Assembly (NCBI RefSeq): GCF_964355755.1
Contig: NC_092678.1
Span: 22,089,365 to 22,153,364 of the forward strand
Length of the DNA: 64,000 nucleotides
Source of the DNA: Antedon mediterranea
Taxonomy: Eukaryota > Animalia > Echinodermata
Reading direction: 5' to 3'
Position 1 is the first letter of the stretch. The number at the start of each line of letters is the position of its first letter. The position numbers were made by a program, and so were the translations under genes. This document shows positions 12,521-25,715 of the stretch, one piece after another. Under the pieces are notes generated by a model. That model saw nothing but the letters and a program-made list of their open reading frames with translations, was not told the origin of the DNA and made no database searches.

Positions 12521-15500
12521 CAACATCTGTAGACCTTGCATCACCAACATACACATTCTACAATGGTCATTGGCTTTTAATTTACTAAGAACCCATAATT
12601 ATTGGAAAGAAACCCACGTAAGTAATTCCAAGCCAGGCCGTTCCAAGCCAGGCCGTTGACATTATGTTATTATAGTGAGTTGGCTTTGCATACACTGTAG
12701 TATAAACAGTTAGTATGCAGGTCATGTACAGTATATCTATAAATAGCCGATTTTGTGAATTTGGCATTTTTTGATTGGCTTCTCATGAAATATGATGATT
12801 TGGCAAAAAACTTTAATACTATACAAAAGGCATGATGAAATAGGATTTTCGGTGTCGCCGTTAAATAAGCATCAAACAAACTTGTATTTTTAGTAATTCT
12901 CCACAAGATGTATGCACTACTGTATGGTACATAAATAATCTGGGTGCACCAAGGGTATTGCTAAAGGAGTAGGCGAAGAAGGGGCAAGGCTAAAGCCTTC
13001 TTTCTACTTCCCAGTACTGTTCCTTCCATCTCCCTTCTCCCTACCAACTCAGGATATTTTAATACATAATGCTTTATGCGAACATACAGATAACAACCTA
13101 GGTTTCTTCATATTTATTAACCAATTATGCGTTTCATAGTGTATAAACTTCAATGATCAATAAAGAACAGACTTTACTTCATGATTGAGTTTTGCCTGAC
13201 CTGAAATAAATAATAAACAGTGATTTTTTAAAGAATAACTTCTTTTAACAAATGTTCTGAGTGTGGTCAAGTTTTCACACAAACTTAAACTTAACATAAA
13301 TAACATTTTTTTTATTCAACTTTGTTTGAACTTTGTGTGCAACCATTGGGAGTGTCTCTCCTTCCATTAAATGTTATGTATTCTCCATCCATGTATAACA
13401 GTATTACATGACATATTGCGTGTCATTCAAAGTTCATGTTTAGTTTTTTTAATTTTCAGTGGGTTGACTTAATAATAAAGTAATACATAAATTAAAGCTT
13501 ACTTCGTTTTGAAATGTTAAATATCCAAATATTTTATAGTACAGTATGCTTTACATCTAAAATAACATTTTCTATCAAATGCATCTCAAACTACAGTACC
13601 TTTTACATGAACTTAAATTTATGACATAACTAGAGAATATATGGAATATTACCTTTAGATAGAATACATTTTAAAGGAGTGAACCTAAAATTCAAAGCAA
13701 GAACCAATAAGTTAGATTTAGAAGGTAGAAAGAAACTTATTATTAGACGACATATATAACTTGTATCAAGATAAATCAATTTGCTCCATTTTTGACAATA
13801 AAAGTAAATCATTTTTAATTAAAGCTATGTCACATAGGACTGAAATATTGAAAAACATTTCTACCCCTTAATATGATTTTTTTTTCTTTTCTCTTTCTTT
13901 TTTACAAGTCAGTAGAATTTGTGCTGCTTAATATTATGTAATTGTGTACCATTATTAACTTTTTGTATGGGTGGAACCTCTTGTTACGAGAGTGTTCCTC
14001 CGTTTTAAAGGAGAGTAACCAATAAATATTATTATTATTATTTATTAGAGGGCACCCTGAGAGTGCATACTTCCACCTACTGTTAATTTGTCTATTGTAC
14101 ATAAAATCTTTTTTAACAAAACAGTTTTTATATTTTTCTGTCCCAGTACTATGTGTGATTACACTTTATTTAAAATAATTATTGTTTTATTTTAGATAAT
14201 TTGAAAATGTTTTTGTTTCTCTGAAGAAAACACTTTAAAAAAAAATGTTATTTTTTGTATTTATAAGTTATTTGGGTTCAATTCCTGCTGAAGACATTTT
14301 TTTTATTATAACTTTTTCCTCCAAATTTATGTTTGTGACTCCAAACCTCATAGCCTTGTTTGACACACAGGTTGATGTACAATGAAATATAATTTAAAAA
14401 AATTGGATTCTGATGATTGACCATTGACCATTCAAAACTACTGTAGACTGACCCCTTTAAATGTCCCCTTAGTAATAATCTAGTCCAATAGGAAGGATTT
14501 CTTTTTTAAGTCTCAAATGTGTCCATTAACAAACAGTCATTATTTGTCAATTAGTGTTTTAGTTTTATTTACAACTAGTCAGGAATGACAATTTATAAAA
14601 GAAACTCTGACAAAATTATGGAAATTTTGAAAATTAAAACTGACTACAAAAGTACCGGTATATTAACAAGAATTAGAACACGATGTGATATTCATTAAAA
14701 CAACATCATTAATTTGGTAGACATCCAGTATTTACATTCCATCAAGTTCCTTGATTTCATTGGTCAATACAGTGCTATCTGATTGGTTCTGATTGGTTGT
14801 CTAGTTTTCACATCCTTTTAATAAACCGGTTTAAACCATACCAGTAGCCCACTTTAAGTTGCATTAGCAGGTGGATAAACCATCATTCGTGTAATGTAGC
14901 TTAGAATAGATAGAATCTTGTAAAGGTGGTTTATTTGTGTACATCACAATGGAGTATTATTACTCACCGCATATCATCAACCCAAAGGTATAGTAGTACT
15001 GTTTTTTTAGGTCATATATTTGTTGATTCATACTACAATATAAACGCAGTAGTTAAAGTTGTATTATTACAGCCTTTTCCTATTAATACTAGTAGTAGAA
15101 TCTGTAGATTCAAGCAGTTTGAATGTACGTACAGTATGCGGTAAGTACTTGATAACATTGACATAATAACAATTATATAAATGACGTCACGGATGAGTGA
15201 TCACGCTGGAAAGCTTATTAGGATTAAGTTATATTATTTGAAAGATATTCTGAAATTTTGGTAATCATTGACATTAAACTTTTTGAGATAATTGTTACAC
15301 AAAATAGTGTACAGAAACAATAAAAAGAAAAAAAATAATAAAGATTTTGTACAATAACAATAGGTGATCATTTTATTCTAAATGATCACCTAATTATGAC
15401 AAATTGAATGTAATGTATAGTTAGTATAATATTTTTTATTGTTATTTGTAAAAGATAAGTTTGCTGTTTTGCCAGACATAATTTGTACTGAATAACTATT

Positions 15501-15840
15501 TCTTTTAGCTTTGCAATTTGTTTCTCCTTTTCCCCCACATATTTTCTTGACATTTAAAGCTAAGAGAACATCATCACTTTAAGGCCAACTCAGACAGCGT
15601 CGTCAGACAAGACGTGATGAGTCGTCTCGTCGGGAGAAAATCAAACATATTTAATGTTCTCCCACTGACCTAATAGCTAAATAAATTCTATACCAAGATT
15701 ATCGACCCAGAATAACCATTTCACAGTTGGTTATTGTGTGATGTGCCCAAATATGGTAATGATATGATATGACATCATCATGTCTGTATTATTAGGCACA
15801 TCACATTTTTTTCAAGTATTGAATGTTTTCTTTTTTGAAG

Positions 15841-18800
15841 ATGACAATGACGGACATTGAACAGACTGTTGGAGAGCTTCTATTGGGGCAACCGCCAAAC
15901 TTGCCCGTATCACAGTACGACATTCTACGCAAAAAGGTCGGTGAGAGCCGTCCCGCAGTCCTGAACGAGAACCTGACGATCATAGTGGCTGCCGTGATCT
16001 TTAATGAGAAAGAAGAGGTTGTAATGGTCCAAGAAGCAAAGGCTGGTTGCCGGCGGAAATGGTACTTGCCCGCGGGAAGGGTGAATCCAAACGAAACATT
16101 AGAGGTAACCATTTAAACAATTTCTGTACAATATTGTAAAATTGCTATGTAAAATATACAGTTAACTCTCCCAATACCAGACACCTTTAGGCTGGCTTTA
16201 AAATATGTCTGGTTTTCTGGAAAGTCTGGTATTCGAAATGTGTTTCTAATGGTAAAAATAAATTTAGGACCTCAAAAAAGTCTGGTTTTGGGAGAATTTC
16301 CAGTTTTCAGAGTGTCTGGTATTGGGAGAGTCTTTTTTTCTTTTTTCTTTTTTCATTGGTGATCGTTCATGGTTGGTTGTGTATTGACGTAATTATTATC
16401 CACAAAATGTAGTAAATGTTCCGCCCATCAGTGACCTTCTAAAGTGAGGTCAAATTGAGACTGTGATTGTATGCAGCTAAAAATTGCTCCATGGAAACCA
16501 TTTTAAAACTGTATTCATTTTCAAAATGTCACTCAATATGCTTGTTAATTGCCCTTGTTTTCTTTGTAAAAAATTCTCCAACGATTGACATTAATGTGTT
16601 GTGCTACAGTACATCTTTAGAATAATTTCCAGTAAATGCTAGATCTACTGCTGTACAATTAACATAATAAGCCACAAACCACAGTAGTGTTGATCAATGG
16701 TTTGTTTCTTTGACCTGATCTGCAGTCATGTGGTTTTGGGTTCAATAGCCTACAAAAGCTGTGCATTATACAATCCTAATTGTTCACACACACCAGAGTT
16801 AAACATGAGCAGAGTTAAGCGTGAATAGAGCAGAGTTAAGCGTGAATAGAGCAGAGTTAAGCGTGAATAGAGCAGAGTTAAGCGTGAATAGAGCAGAGTT
16901 AAGCGTGAATAGAGCAGAGTTAAGCGTGCATAGAGCAGAGTTAAGCGTGCATAGAGCAGAGTTAAGCGTGAATAGTGCAGAGTTAAGCGTGCATAGAGCT
17001 GAGTTAAGCGTGAATAGAGCAGAGTTAAGCGTGAATAGAGCAGAGTTAAGCGTGAATAGAGCAGAGTTAAGCGTGAATAGAGCAGAGTTAAGCGTGAATA
17101 GAGCAGAGTTAAGCGTGAATAGAGCAGAGTTAAGCGTGCATAGAGCAGAGTTAAGCGTGCATAGAGCAGAGTTAAGCGTGAATAGAGCAGAGTTAAGCGT
17201 GAATAGAGCAGAGTTATGCGTGAATAGAGCAGAGTTAAGCATGAATAGAGCAGTGTTAAGCGTAAATAGAGCAGAGTTAAGCGTGCATAGAGCAGAGTTA
17301 AGCGTGAATAAAGCAGAGTTAAGCGTCAATAGAGCAGAGTTAAGCGTATACTTTCACAATATTTTTTTACAATTTTTCTGTATTAATACTGAGTGTGATT
17401 ACAATGTTCGGATGAAAACTGTGACCTGTATAAATACATTTTTTTTTTGTGGACTGTGACCTTGACCTTTGACCCTGTCCCTTAAAAACTAAACTACTCC
17501 TTTATGATGGATTATAGATCATTGTGGCAGAGTTTAGTAAGATTTGAATAATAATATTAAAAAATAATGTTTTGTGGCTTGTGACCTTGACATGTTGATT
17601 CTACTGATATATCAATATCAAACTGACGAGATTTTGGGTCATAGATCATTGTGGGCAAGTTTAGTGAGATTTGGAGAAAACTGTGGCTTGTATGCTGTTC
17701 ACAAACACAAACATACAGGGGTTTGATAACACAATTCATAATCCAATGGAAGCAAGAAGATTGATAAATCATTGAGCATATGGGTAGATGGCACATTAAA
17801 AATGCCCACTGTCCTCAAATCGTCTTTCAGAAAATTAAGAATGTTTTTGTTTCTGTTTTGATCTCACCAACAAATATGCAATATATACATCCTGGAGGGA
17901 AATCATTGAAACAATTCTTTTATTATCAGGATTACATATTCATAGGGCGGGTTTAGAACAGTCTGAGTCAATACAACCTTTTCAACTTTTTCAATTCAGT
18001 CACTGACCCAGAAGTCAGTGAACTTACCCACAATGCATTTGGCATTGTGTTCTAATTAACAGCCATGAAATATTATGGGTTTTTTATAATGTTTGTGTAT
18101 TAATTAATGTATATCATCTTTGTTGATATAATACAGATTTTTTTTTAGATGAATTAAGCAGGACGGTGACCTATTTCTGTCTCATCTGACTTCATTTTCT
18201 CGTTTAAAAAAATTGTTTTATTTATTATAATTAACTTTGTTTGTATTCCAATATGACATTACAGAGCCATGGGTGTTGCTAGGTGATGAGTGTCAAGAAG
18301 ATAAGGGCGTGGTTACAAAATTTAAAATGGGACTTTCAGTTTCTAGGGTGGGTACTCTGCTCCCCCTGCTCATACGCACCCTGCACAATTACATCCTTGC
18401 TTTTAACTGACCTAGTTTTGTCTGACTTCTTTATACATGTTTTATAGGTATTAAATGGCTTATATAATTATAATTCCAACTTTAACTGGTAGGCGTATGT
18501 TTTTTATTTCTGTAGGAAGCGGTGAAAAGAGAAGTTTTGGAAGAATCAGGTTTACTGTTTCATCCATCAACCATAATCTACATAGATACGTCGTTAATAT
18601 GGGGTTACTGGATACGAATAACATATACCGGTTATATCACAGGTACAGTATAAGAGAGTTGCTGTAGACGAGTGGTTAGGATACTTGACTTTAGTACAGA
18701 AATACCCTTGTTCAATTGTCAATAAAAACTTCAAGTCCACTCAGTTTTAAATGAGTACCTGGTTTAAAATTAGGGATAGAATGTGGTGGAAAGGAACTGA

Positions 18801-21800
18801 CCACCCTACCACATTATGCTGAGGCTTAGTAAAAGGAGCTCCTAACAGCTCATTCCCCTACGTTCATAACAAAAATAGGGCAAGCCATTACCTAGAGTAT
18901 AAATTAAAATATAATATAAAAACTAATTGATTAAAACACGATGGTATAATGCCAAACTTCATATTTGATGGTGGGATGGGCTTATAATAGAGTGGGCTTA
19001 TAACAAAGTGTGCTTATAGTATAGTGGGCTTATTATTATATAGTGTGCTTATAACAGAGTTGGCTTATAACATAATGGGCTTACTGTATAACATAGTGGG
19101 CTTATAACTGAATGGGCTTATAACTGAAGACCATAATGTAGTATTTATTCCTGTAAATAGTACATGAATTACTTGCTTGGAAAATTAGTCTAAATAATTA
19201 GTCTATTAGTATTAATTTGGCCGGCAGGCTTGTACAGATTAGTGAAGTGGTTTCATAGCCTTGCCTTGTTTCAATTAGATAGCAAGCTAGGCCGCCTAAT
19301 TACACCTTGTAAGAACACTGATTACTACTGGCCACAACGAGAACACTTCTCAGAAATTGGTTGAGCTTACTGTTTGAACTTGCAGACTAGGATGTTTATT
19401 TTAAACTAATGCACTTCCTGTTTGGTCTGAAGACATGTCCTAGTAAGCTCAGTAGATAGATGTCTAATATCAAGCAAATAAGCATCGTTTGATTACACGA
19501 TGCATCACCAAAAAAGATTGTCTGCCCAGCGTACGGACCAATCAACAGTGTTCTTTTAATTAGCTTCTGAGGTACACAAAATGCTTAGAATTATGTTTTC
19601 CATGAAATTTCCCCAAATGATTAAAGCTCTATCTAAACTTTATGGGTATCTGACTAGTTTGGCGACTCCCAGATTGCCGACTCCCAATTTGCCGACTCCC
19701 AATTTGCCGACTGGTTATGTAAATGGTGTATCAAATATTCGGCACACGGAAAACCCACATTGCCGACAATAATAAAACTATGACAGATGTGATGTGCCTA
19801 TATATGGATATGATGATATCATATCACTACCATATTTAAACATATCACTACTATAATTGGACACATTACACTTTTTTTGTCAAACTAGTTTGATAGTGCA
19901 GACAGAGCTTTTGAAATACAGTTGAAGCCATATTTTATATTTAATTTTTTTCTGTTTTAGGTGGTTATTTAAAATCACTGGCAAATGCAGATGAGGAATC
20001 GTTACAAGCCAAGTGGTGTACTCTAGATGAAATTAAATCAAGGCAATCGTTAACCTTAAGGTATATTTCAGATACAGATCAGATGAAATAAAAAATATCA
20101 TTAATCTCTCAGGCTGTAGTCTAGAGTTCATGAAGAAAAGAAGAGTTTGGGATTTGGGTGGGAGGTTTCACCTCATCATGCTATAAACTTCGTAGTGAAA
20201 AACAGGGATAGATGCTGATTGTAGCATTTTCATAAAGGTGGTACTCTCATAAACAGCCCTAGCCTATACATTCAATATGTTGGCACTATATTCATTTTGA
20301 GTTCATTCATTTCTTCCATGTTATGTTATCATTTGTGTTTGTCGCCCTCTATTTTAGGGGAGAAGACATTGTACCAATCATTAACACAGCGTATCAGTTC
20401 TTCAACAAATCACCTAGCTGTAGACATGCAATGATCCTGCCAACACATCACCCTCATAAACATATGTGTATGAGAATCATATTAATCAAACAAAAACAGT
20501 GAGTTTCATCCATCTCATCTAAGCTCTGTCAACACTATCAAACAAAGTGTGAGGTGCCCAATTATAATAATAATAAATGAAGACTTATATAGCGCCGGTA
20601 TCCTCCACCCATGTGGCGCTCATGGCGCTTAATTATGGTAGTGATGACATCATCAAATGGGCACATTAGATTTTTTGATCAAATTTTATAGTGTAGACAG
20701 AGCTTCATTACTATAGTAGAAGAAAGCAATACAGAGTTCTCAACTTGCTATAAAAAATGTTAGTAGTCTAAGCTCTGTCTACATTGTCAAACTACTGTAG
20801 TAAAAAAGTGTGCCCAGATATTGTAGAAATATGATGTCATCATGTCCTTATAAGGGCACATCACGTAAAGTTTGATAGTGTAGACAGAGCTTAAGAATTT
20901 AGAAATGTCCAATACAATGTTGAGAAGCACTTGATAATTTTTTTTTGCAGGGTAGTTTAGAAATACTTGTATGTATGTACAGATGATGTTGACATATGTT
21001 TTATTGTTTTTTTTGCAGGGGTAGTTTAGAAATACTTGTATGTACAGATGATGTGCCTCATCTTCCAATTGTCAAAGATTCTGTCATGTATCAAGATTCA
21101 ATTTGGAGGCTAGACAAAGTAACGTATTAGGCCTAACAAAAATTGTTATGTTTCCTAAACCCAACGACCCAAAATCCAAGAAAATTTATTTAACTATTTT
21201 TTGGTAATTATTGAGCATTAAAAAAATATTAAAACAATACATACAACATATGTATAGGGTTAAATCTAAATCTTTGTGACTAAAAATAATTTCTTTTTTC
21301 TACCTAGACCTAGGTGTCCTTTCTTGTACGAATGTATTATGATAGCGTATTATCACAAAATCAGTGAAAATACAACAAAAATGTTATCAACTGACCCTTT
21401 TTTTAGTCGCGTGGAAGCGTTTACAAAATTGCCATGAGTGCGCATATTTTTGCGCGCGCACTGCGCGTTAAATGTTATTGCGCACTCTTTTTGCCCGATT
21501 TCTGTTTTCTTGACTTACTTTTCAACTCGAAATTACGTTATACGAGCACGTCGAAAGTGACAGGCTACGCACGTGTAAATTTAAAAAAAATAAATGTTTT
21601 TAAACATTTCAACATTTTTAAACATGTTCAGTAATTTCGGTCAGTATAGTTCACTATGTCGGTCGGTCGGTCTCTCTGTCTGTCGGTTTGTCTGTCGGTC
21701 TGTCTGTCGGTCCGGTATCACTATGCATTGTAGCACGCGACTTAATGTCTGTTGGCCTTGTTTTTTATTGATGCTGTGTTTGGGAAACATAACAATTTTT

Positions 21801-22321
21801 TTTAGTCTTTAAGTTGTTGGATTAGGGTTATACTCCCTTTTTTTATCTCCTGTTTTAACAGTTTTCTGAGAAAATGCTGGACTAAATAATTTTGTTTAAA
21901 GCATTAAAAAACTAACATTCTGCACTTCCATCTTGTGATGCCTATAAATTCATTTTCTATACTATAATAACTTACAATTCTTCAAGCACTTTTAAAATAC
22001 ACATTTATTAATTCTATTTTTTGTTTAATACGATTAATATCACTGTTATTTAACAACACCAATATGTTTTTCCCTTCTCAGGATGCGTTTAAATCTAGTA
22101 ACATATACCAGTCATGCGGGGTAATTGCATTAGAGCATTGTGGACGACCTCATGGCGTCGCGGACGGCGTCTGTCTCAACTATCTGGTAACGACCGATAG
22201 TAACCGTGAGCTTGTTAACAAAAAGTACTCGTGGTTTCCGATATGTAATGCAGAATTAGAACTCGTCATAAAGCAGAGACTTTGTAAAGCAATGAACGTG
22301 CCGTATGTGTGTTACTCCTGA
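15841..22321 (+). CDS. NUDT18: 8-oxo-dGDP phosphatase NUDT18 (MTH3) homolog, 6 coding exons
   Basis: Exons 15841-16104, 18516-18642, 19961-20060, 20358-20498, 21019-21118, 22082-22321; all GT-AG and phase-consistent. The Nudix box GRVNPNETLE|EAVKREVLEESG is split by intron 1. Motifs MVQEAKAGCRRKWYLPAG, GGYLKSLANADEESLQAKW, PHLP and LEHCG..DGVCLNYLVT match my recollection of NUDT18. Confidence 0.9.
16159..16331. mobile_element. Tc1/mariner (pogo/Tigger-like) MITE remnant
   Basis: TA-CAGTTAACTCTCCCAATACCAGACAC ... GTGTCTGGTATTGGGAGAGT inverted ends; right end clipped. Confidence 0.6.
16806..17348. repeat. 21-bp minisatellite (GAGCAGAGTTAAGCGTGAATA), about 26 copies
   Basis: Direct tandem units within NUDT18 intron 1; explains ORFs 16799-17459. 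Confidence 0.95.
18657..18891 (+). mobile_element. Decayed tRNA-derived SINE with conserved central domain
   Basis: A-box-like TAGACGAGTGG and degenerate B-box TGTTCAATT, followed by GTCCACTCAGTTTTAAATGAGTACCTGG and GGAAAGGAACTGACCACCCTACC, resembling CORE/Nin-type SINE bodies. Confidence 0.55.
19625..19909. mobile_element. MITE family A copy interrupted by an insert carrying 15-bp TTGCCGACTCCCAAT repeats
   Basis: Left end AGCTCTATCTAAACT, right end GATAGTGCAGACAGAGCT; foreign segment at about 19642-19770. Confidence 0.65.
20522..20704. mobile_element. MITE family A copy containing an L2-type 3' tail insertion (20566-20630, minus strand)
   Basis: TIRs present. The insert's reverse complement AAGCGCCATGAGCGCC...GGCGCTATATAAGTCTTCATTTATTATTAT is flanked by an AATTAT duplication. 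Confidence 0.75.
20771..20891. mobile_element. MITE family A copy (internally deleted)
   Basis: AGCTCTGTCTACATTGTCAAA ... TTTGATAGTGTAGACAGAGCT. Confidence 0.8.
21130..21808. mobile_element. Harbinger-like MITE (TTA TSD) with nested HINE-like element
   Basis: TTA-GGCCTAACAAAAATTGTTATGTTTCC ... GGAAACATAACAATTTTTTTTAGTCT-TTA. It contains TTTTTAGTCGCGTG...(GTCY)n...GCACGCGACT...GGCCTTGTT at about 21398-21762. Confidence 0.7.
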
Positions 22322-23101
22322 GGGCGCTTTACTTCGTTAAGTTCATCTAAAGTCGGATAGACCAAGAGTTTGCAATCCTAGGATTTTTGCTAATCCTACT
22401 GTTGGGTGTGTACAACGTGTATTTGTGCAATTTTAATTGACGGTTGTGGTACTCGGCTAAAAGACCAGAGTACCAGGTTCAAATCTTATCTGATGGAAGG
22501 TCTTAAAATTTCAATTTTAAAGATCTTGTACATACGACAGTGATGCATTTGTCTGTTACCTATCGGTAAGAAATTTAAATAAAATCTGTTGCAATGAAGT
22601 TGCTGAAGTTTTTCCAACCTTTTTCAATAGCATGTTCCATTATTTGGTGGTAATTGTTTTATATACTTCTTTTACAAACATTTAAATTGTAACAAAGTTA
22701 CCAATAATGGCCCCCTTTAAAAAAAAATGGAATATTCTGAAAACGGTAAATAAAAAATAATTTTATAGGCACTATGGTATTATTATTGGGTATAAATGGT
22801 TTTAACTTAGTAGATGAAATATACAGGCTAAATAACAAAATAACATGATTTTTTTTTTTTAGTATGGCCTAGATATTTTAAACTTTTTTTTTTAGAGGAC
22901 GATGTGCAATAATATATTGTTTGCATAATTGAAGGCAATTTTCAAGTCAAGTTTATTATGTAACCACATGAACATATATTTTTATTGATCTATTTAGTAA
23001 TTACGTCGATTTCACTTAACTTTTGATGTCTCAATTTGGTGGGACTTTCAAATTTACTAGCTTTTTAATTAAAGCAATTAAGTCGTAAAACATGAGACTT
23101 A

Positions 23102-23248
23102 AGCTCTGTCTACACTATCAAACTAGTTTGACAAAAAAGTGTGATATGCCCAAATATTGTAGTGACATGATTTAAATATGGTAGTGATATGACATCATCA
23201 TGTCCATATATATTTTGTTACATAAAGTTTGATAGTGTAAACAGAGCT
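23102..23248. mobile_element. MITE family A copy
   Basis: TTA-AGCTCTGTCTACACTATCAAACT ... AGTTTGATAGTGTAAACAGAGCT-TAA. Confidence 0.85.
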
Positions 23249-23554
23249 TAATTTGTGTATTATGATGTCATTGAAATCGTCATCATTATCATATTTATAT
23301 CATGTATCATAATCATTGTTATCACGTTTATATCATTGTTATCACCTGATGCAAAATGTCACTATAATGTTTCACTTTGTTTTCTTTGTCTTTTCTTGCC
23401 ATAATTGTTATTTTATTAATATTACTATAGTTTATTTTATTAATAATTTTAGTAAAGTTTCCTCTAATCATTCAGCACAGAATTTGTTTTAGAATTTGAT
23501 CATTATCATTCCTGGTTTTTGGCTGTTCTCCAACCTGTTTTTTGGTGGTTTTTT

Positions 23555-23997
23555 TTTGTTGTCTATTCTCCCTCCTGGTTTTTGTGTCTATTCTCCCTCC
23601 TAATTTGTTTGTTCTATTCTCCCTCCTGGTTTTTGTGTCTATTCTCCCTCCTGGTTTTTTTTGTCTATTCTCCCTCCTAATTTGTTTGTTCTATTCTCCC
23701 TCCTGGTTTTTGTGTCTATTCTCCCTCCTGGTTTTTGTGTCTATTCTCCCTCCTAATTTGTTTGTTCTATTCTCCCTCCTGGTTTTTGTGTCTATTCTCC
23801 CTCCTGGTTTTTGTGTCTATTCTCCCTCCTAATTTGTTTGTTCTATTCTCCCTCCTGGTTTTTGTGTCTATTCTCCCTCCTGGTTTTTTTGTCTATTCTC
23901 CCTCCTGGTTTTTTTGTCTATTCTCCCTCCTGATTTTTTCCCTATTCTCCCTCCTAATTTTTATGTCTATTCTCCCTCCTAATTTGTTTGTTCTTTT
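23555..23997. repeat. ~24-26-bp minisatellite (TCTATTCTCCCTCCT + GGTTTTTGTG or AATTTGTTTGT)
   Basis: About 17 tandem units; explains the hydrophobic ORFs 23542-24052. Confidence 0.92.
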
Positions 23998-24905
23998 CTC
24001 TCTGTTATTTTTGGAGGTCTATTTTACCAGTTTTTTTTTTTTTACATATTAAACTCAAATTTTGGGTAATGGTTGTAGAAATTGTATTAAAGAAATTCTG
24101 AAATTTAATTAAATGTTCTATCATGTTTACCCACCCCTGTCTATATGCAAATATATTGGACCATGAACATAAACATTTACCACATCATTTCAATATAAAA
24201 AATAATTGAATTGAAACAGAATTTCAATATCAAAATACCTCTTCTTCCAGATAAAATACAAACTTACGTCAACTCGGCCAAAACTATTCGTGTTGACTTG
24301 AGGCCGACTTGACTTTGGCCGAGACGGTTTATGGCCGACTTGACCGGCTACCGATTCGTGTCATCCCAAAAACTACTTTTTTATTTTAAAGCATAGTGCA
24401 AGAACTTCAAGAAGGGTTAGAATTGTAAAACGCCATTTTTAACATTTAATGATCGTTGGGCATAATATACTATTGCATTGTATTCTTCTAATGTGTATTT
24501 AATGGTTTTTTTTTATGATAAACACTTTTAAAAGTGTTAATCTTTAAGTTGACATACAATATATATCATATATCATTTAGTTTGCTACAGGGTATTTTAA
24601 ACCGGTGTTACTTCACATTTTGCGCATATTTAAAATTTCTTTTTTAATGTATGGTACTAATGTATAAATTACCATGTTAAATAAGCTTGTTTCATAAAGA
24701 CGTTTTTTTTATGTATTTTACTTATAAAAATTTGAATACTGTATTTGAAATGATACCGTAATAAACATTTCGTTCATAAATAGTAGTAGGTAGTATATAC
24801 ACTTTTTGTATGCATATAATTATAATAATTATATTCTATAATTGATAGTAATCAATAATTGGTTCCATCAGAAACTATCGATAGGACGATTGTCTATAGT
24901 TTTGT

Positions 24906-25395
24906 TTTCTTATTTTACTTAAACTAAAAATAATTATCTTTTTTTGTTGTTGCTAAAATCTGATGCAGAATACTCTATAATGTTGTCCAATCAGGACGTA
25001 ACATTTTGACCTGTATAAAAATAGGCCTACGAACTTCTTATTTTACTTAAACTAAAAATAATTATCTTTTTTTGTTGTTGCTAAAATCTGATGCAGAATA
25101 CTCTATAATGTTGTCCAATCAGGACGTAACATTTTGACCTGTATAAAAATAGGCCTACGAACTTCTTATTTTACTTAAACTAAAAATAATTATCACTTTT
25201 TTTGTTGCTAAAGTCTGATGCAGAATACTCTATAATGTTGTCCAATAAGGACGTAACATTTTGACCTGTATAATAATAAGAACTTATTATTTTCCTTAAA
25301 CTAAAAATAATTATCACTTTTTTTGGCTAAAATCTGATGCAGAATACTCTATAAAATGTTGTCCAATCAGCACGTAACATTTTAACCTGTATAAC
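24906..25395. repeat. ~125-bp tandem repeat, about 4 copies
   Basis: TTCTTATTTTACTTAAACTAAAAATAATTATC...CTGATGCAGAATACTCTATAATGTTGTCCAATCAGGACGTAACATTTTGACCTGTATAA repeated. Confidence 0.9.
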
Positions 25396-25544
25396 AATAA
25401 TAACTGGTATAACATATGCAACAGATGATACTTGGAGAAGAAAAAGCGGAAAATGTAGCTTAAACTGATTTGAACAATTTCTAAAAAAACGTTTCCTTAT
25501 TCCGTATTGTAAGCATTTTGTTTATGGGTTTTACTATGTAGAGC

Positions 25545-25715
25545 TAGAGTGTCCGAGCAGAGTATGTCAACGATGAGGTTCCTGAATGTCTTACGATCCC
25601 TGTGCCTATAATAAACTGCTTCAAGAGCTGTATGACAAGTCTTTGTTGGTATACTCTGTTCTGCCATCTTGCCTTTTGCCTTCCTTGCTATCGTTCACCT
25701 TTCATACTGCTCCAT
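25545..25715 (-). mobile_element. RTE-clade LINE 3' ORF fragment
   Basis: Reverse complement translates, with a stop and a frameshift, to GSMKGER*QGRQKARW...QDRKTFRNLI, resembling the RTE C-terminus G..R.RGR...RW...DR..WR. Confidence 0.55.

Noticed and set aside
11479-12659. Long ORFs of 193-369 aa on both strands
   Set aside because: Entirely explained by a stop-poor 30-bp minisatellite; no gene context.
3480-15145. Possible 5' non-coding exons or promoter of NUDT18 (donor-like sites near 3667 and 15141, acceptor-like near 10578)
   Set aside because: The NUDT18 ATG directly follows an AG acceptor, so upstream exons probably exist, but they cannot be placed from sequence alone.
16799-17459. 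ORFs with (NRAELSV)n and (TLNSALF)n repeats
   Set aside because: 21-bp intronic minisatellite inside NUDT18 intron 1.
23542-24052. Hydrophobic multi-TM-looking ORFs
   Set aside because: Translation of a T/C-rich minisatellite.
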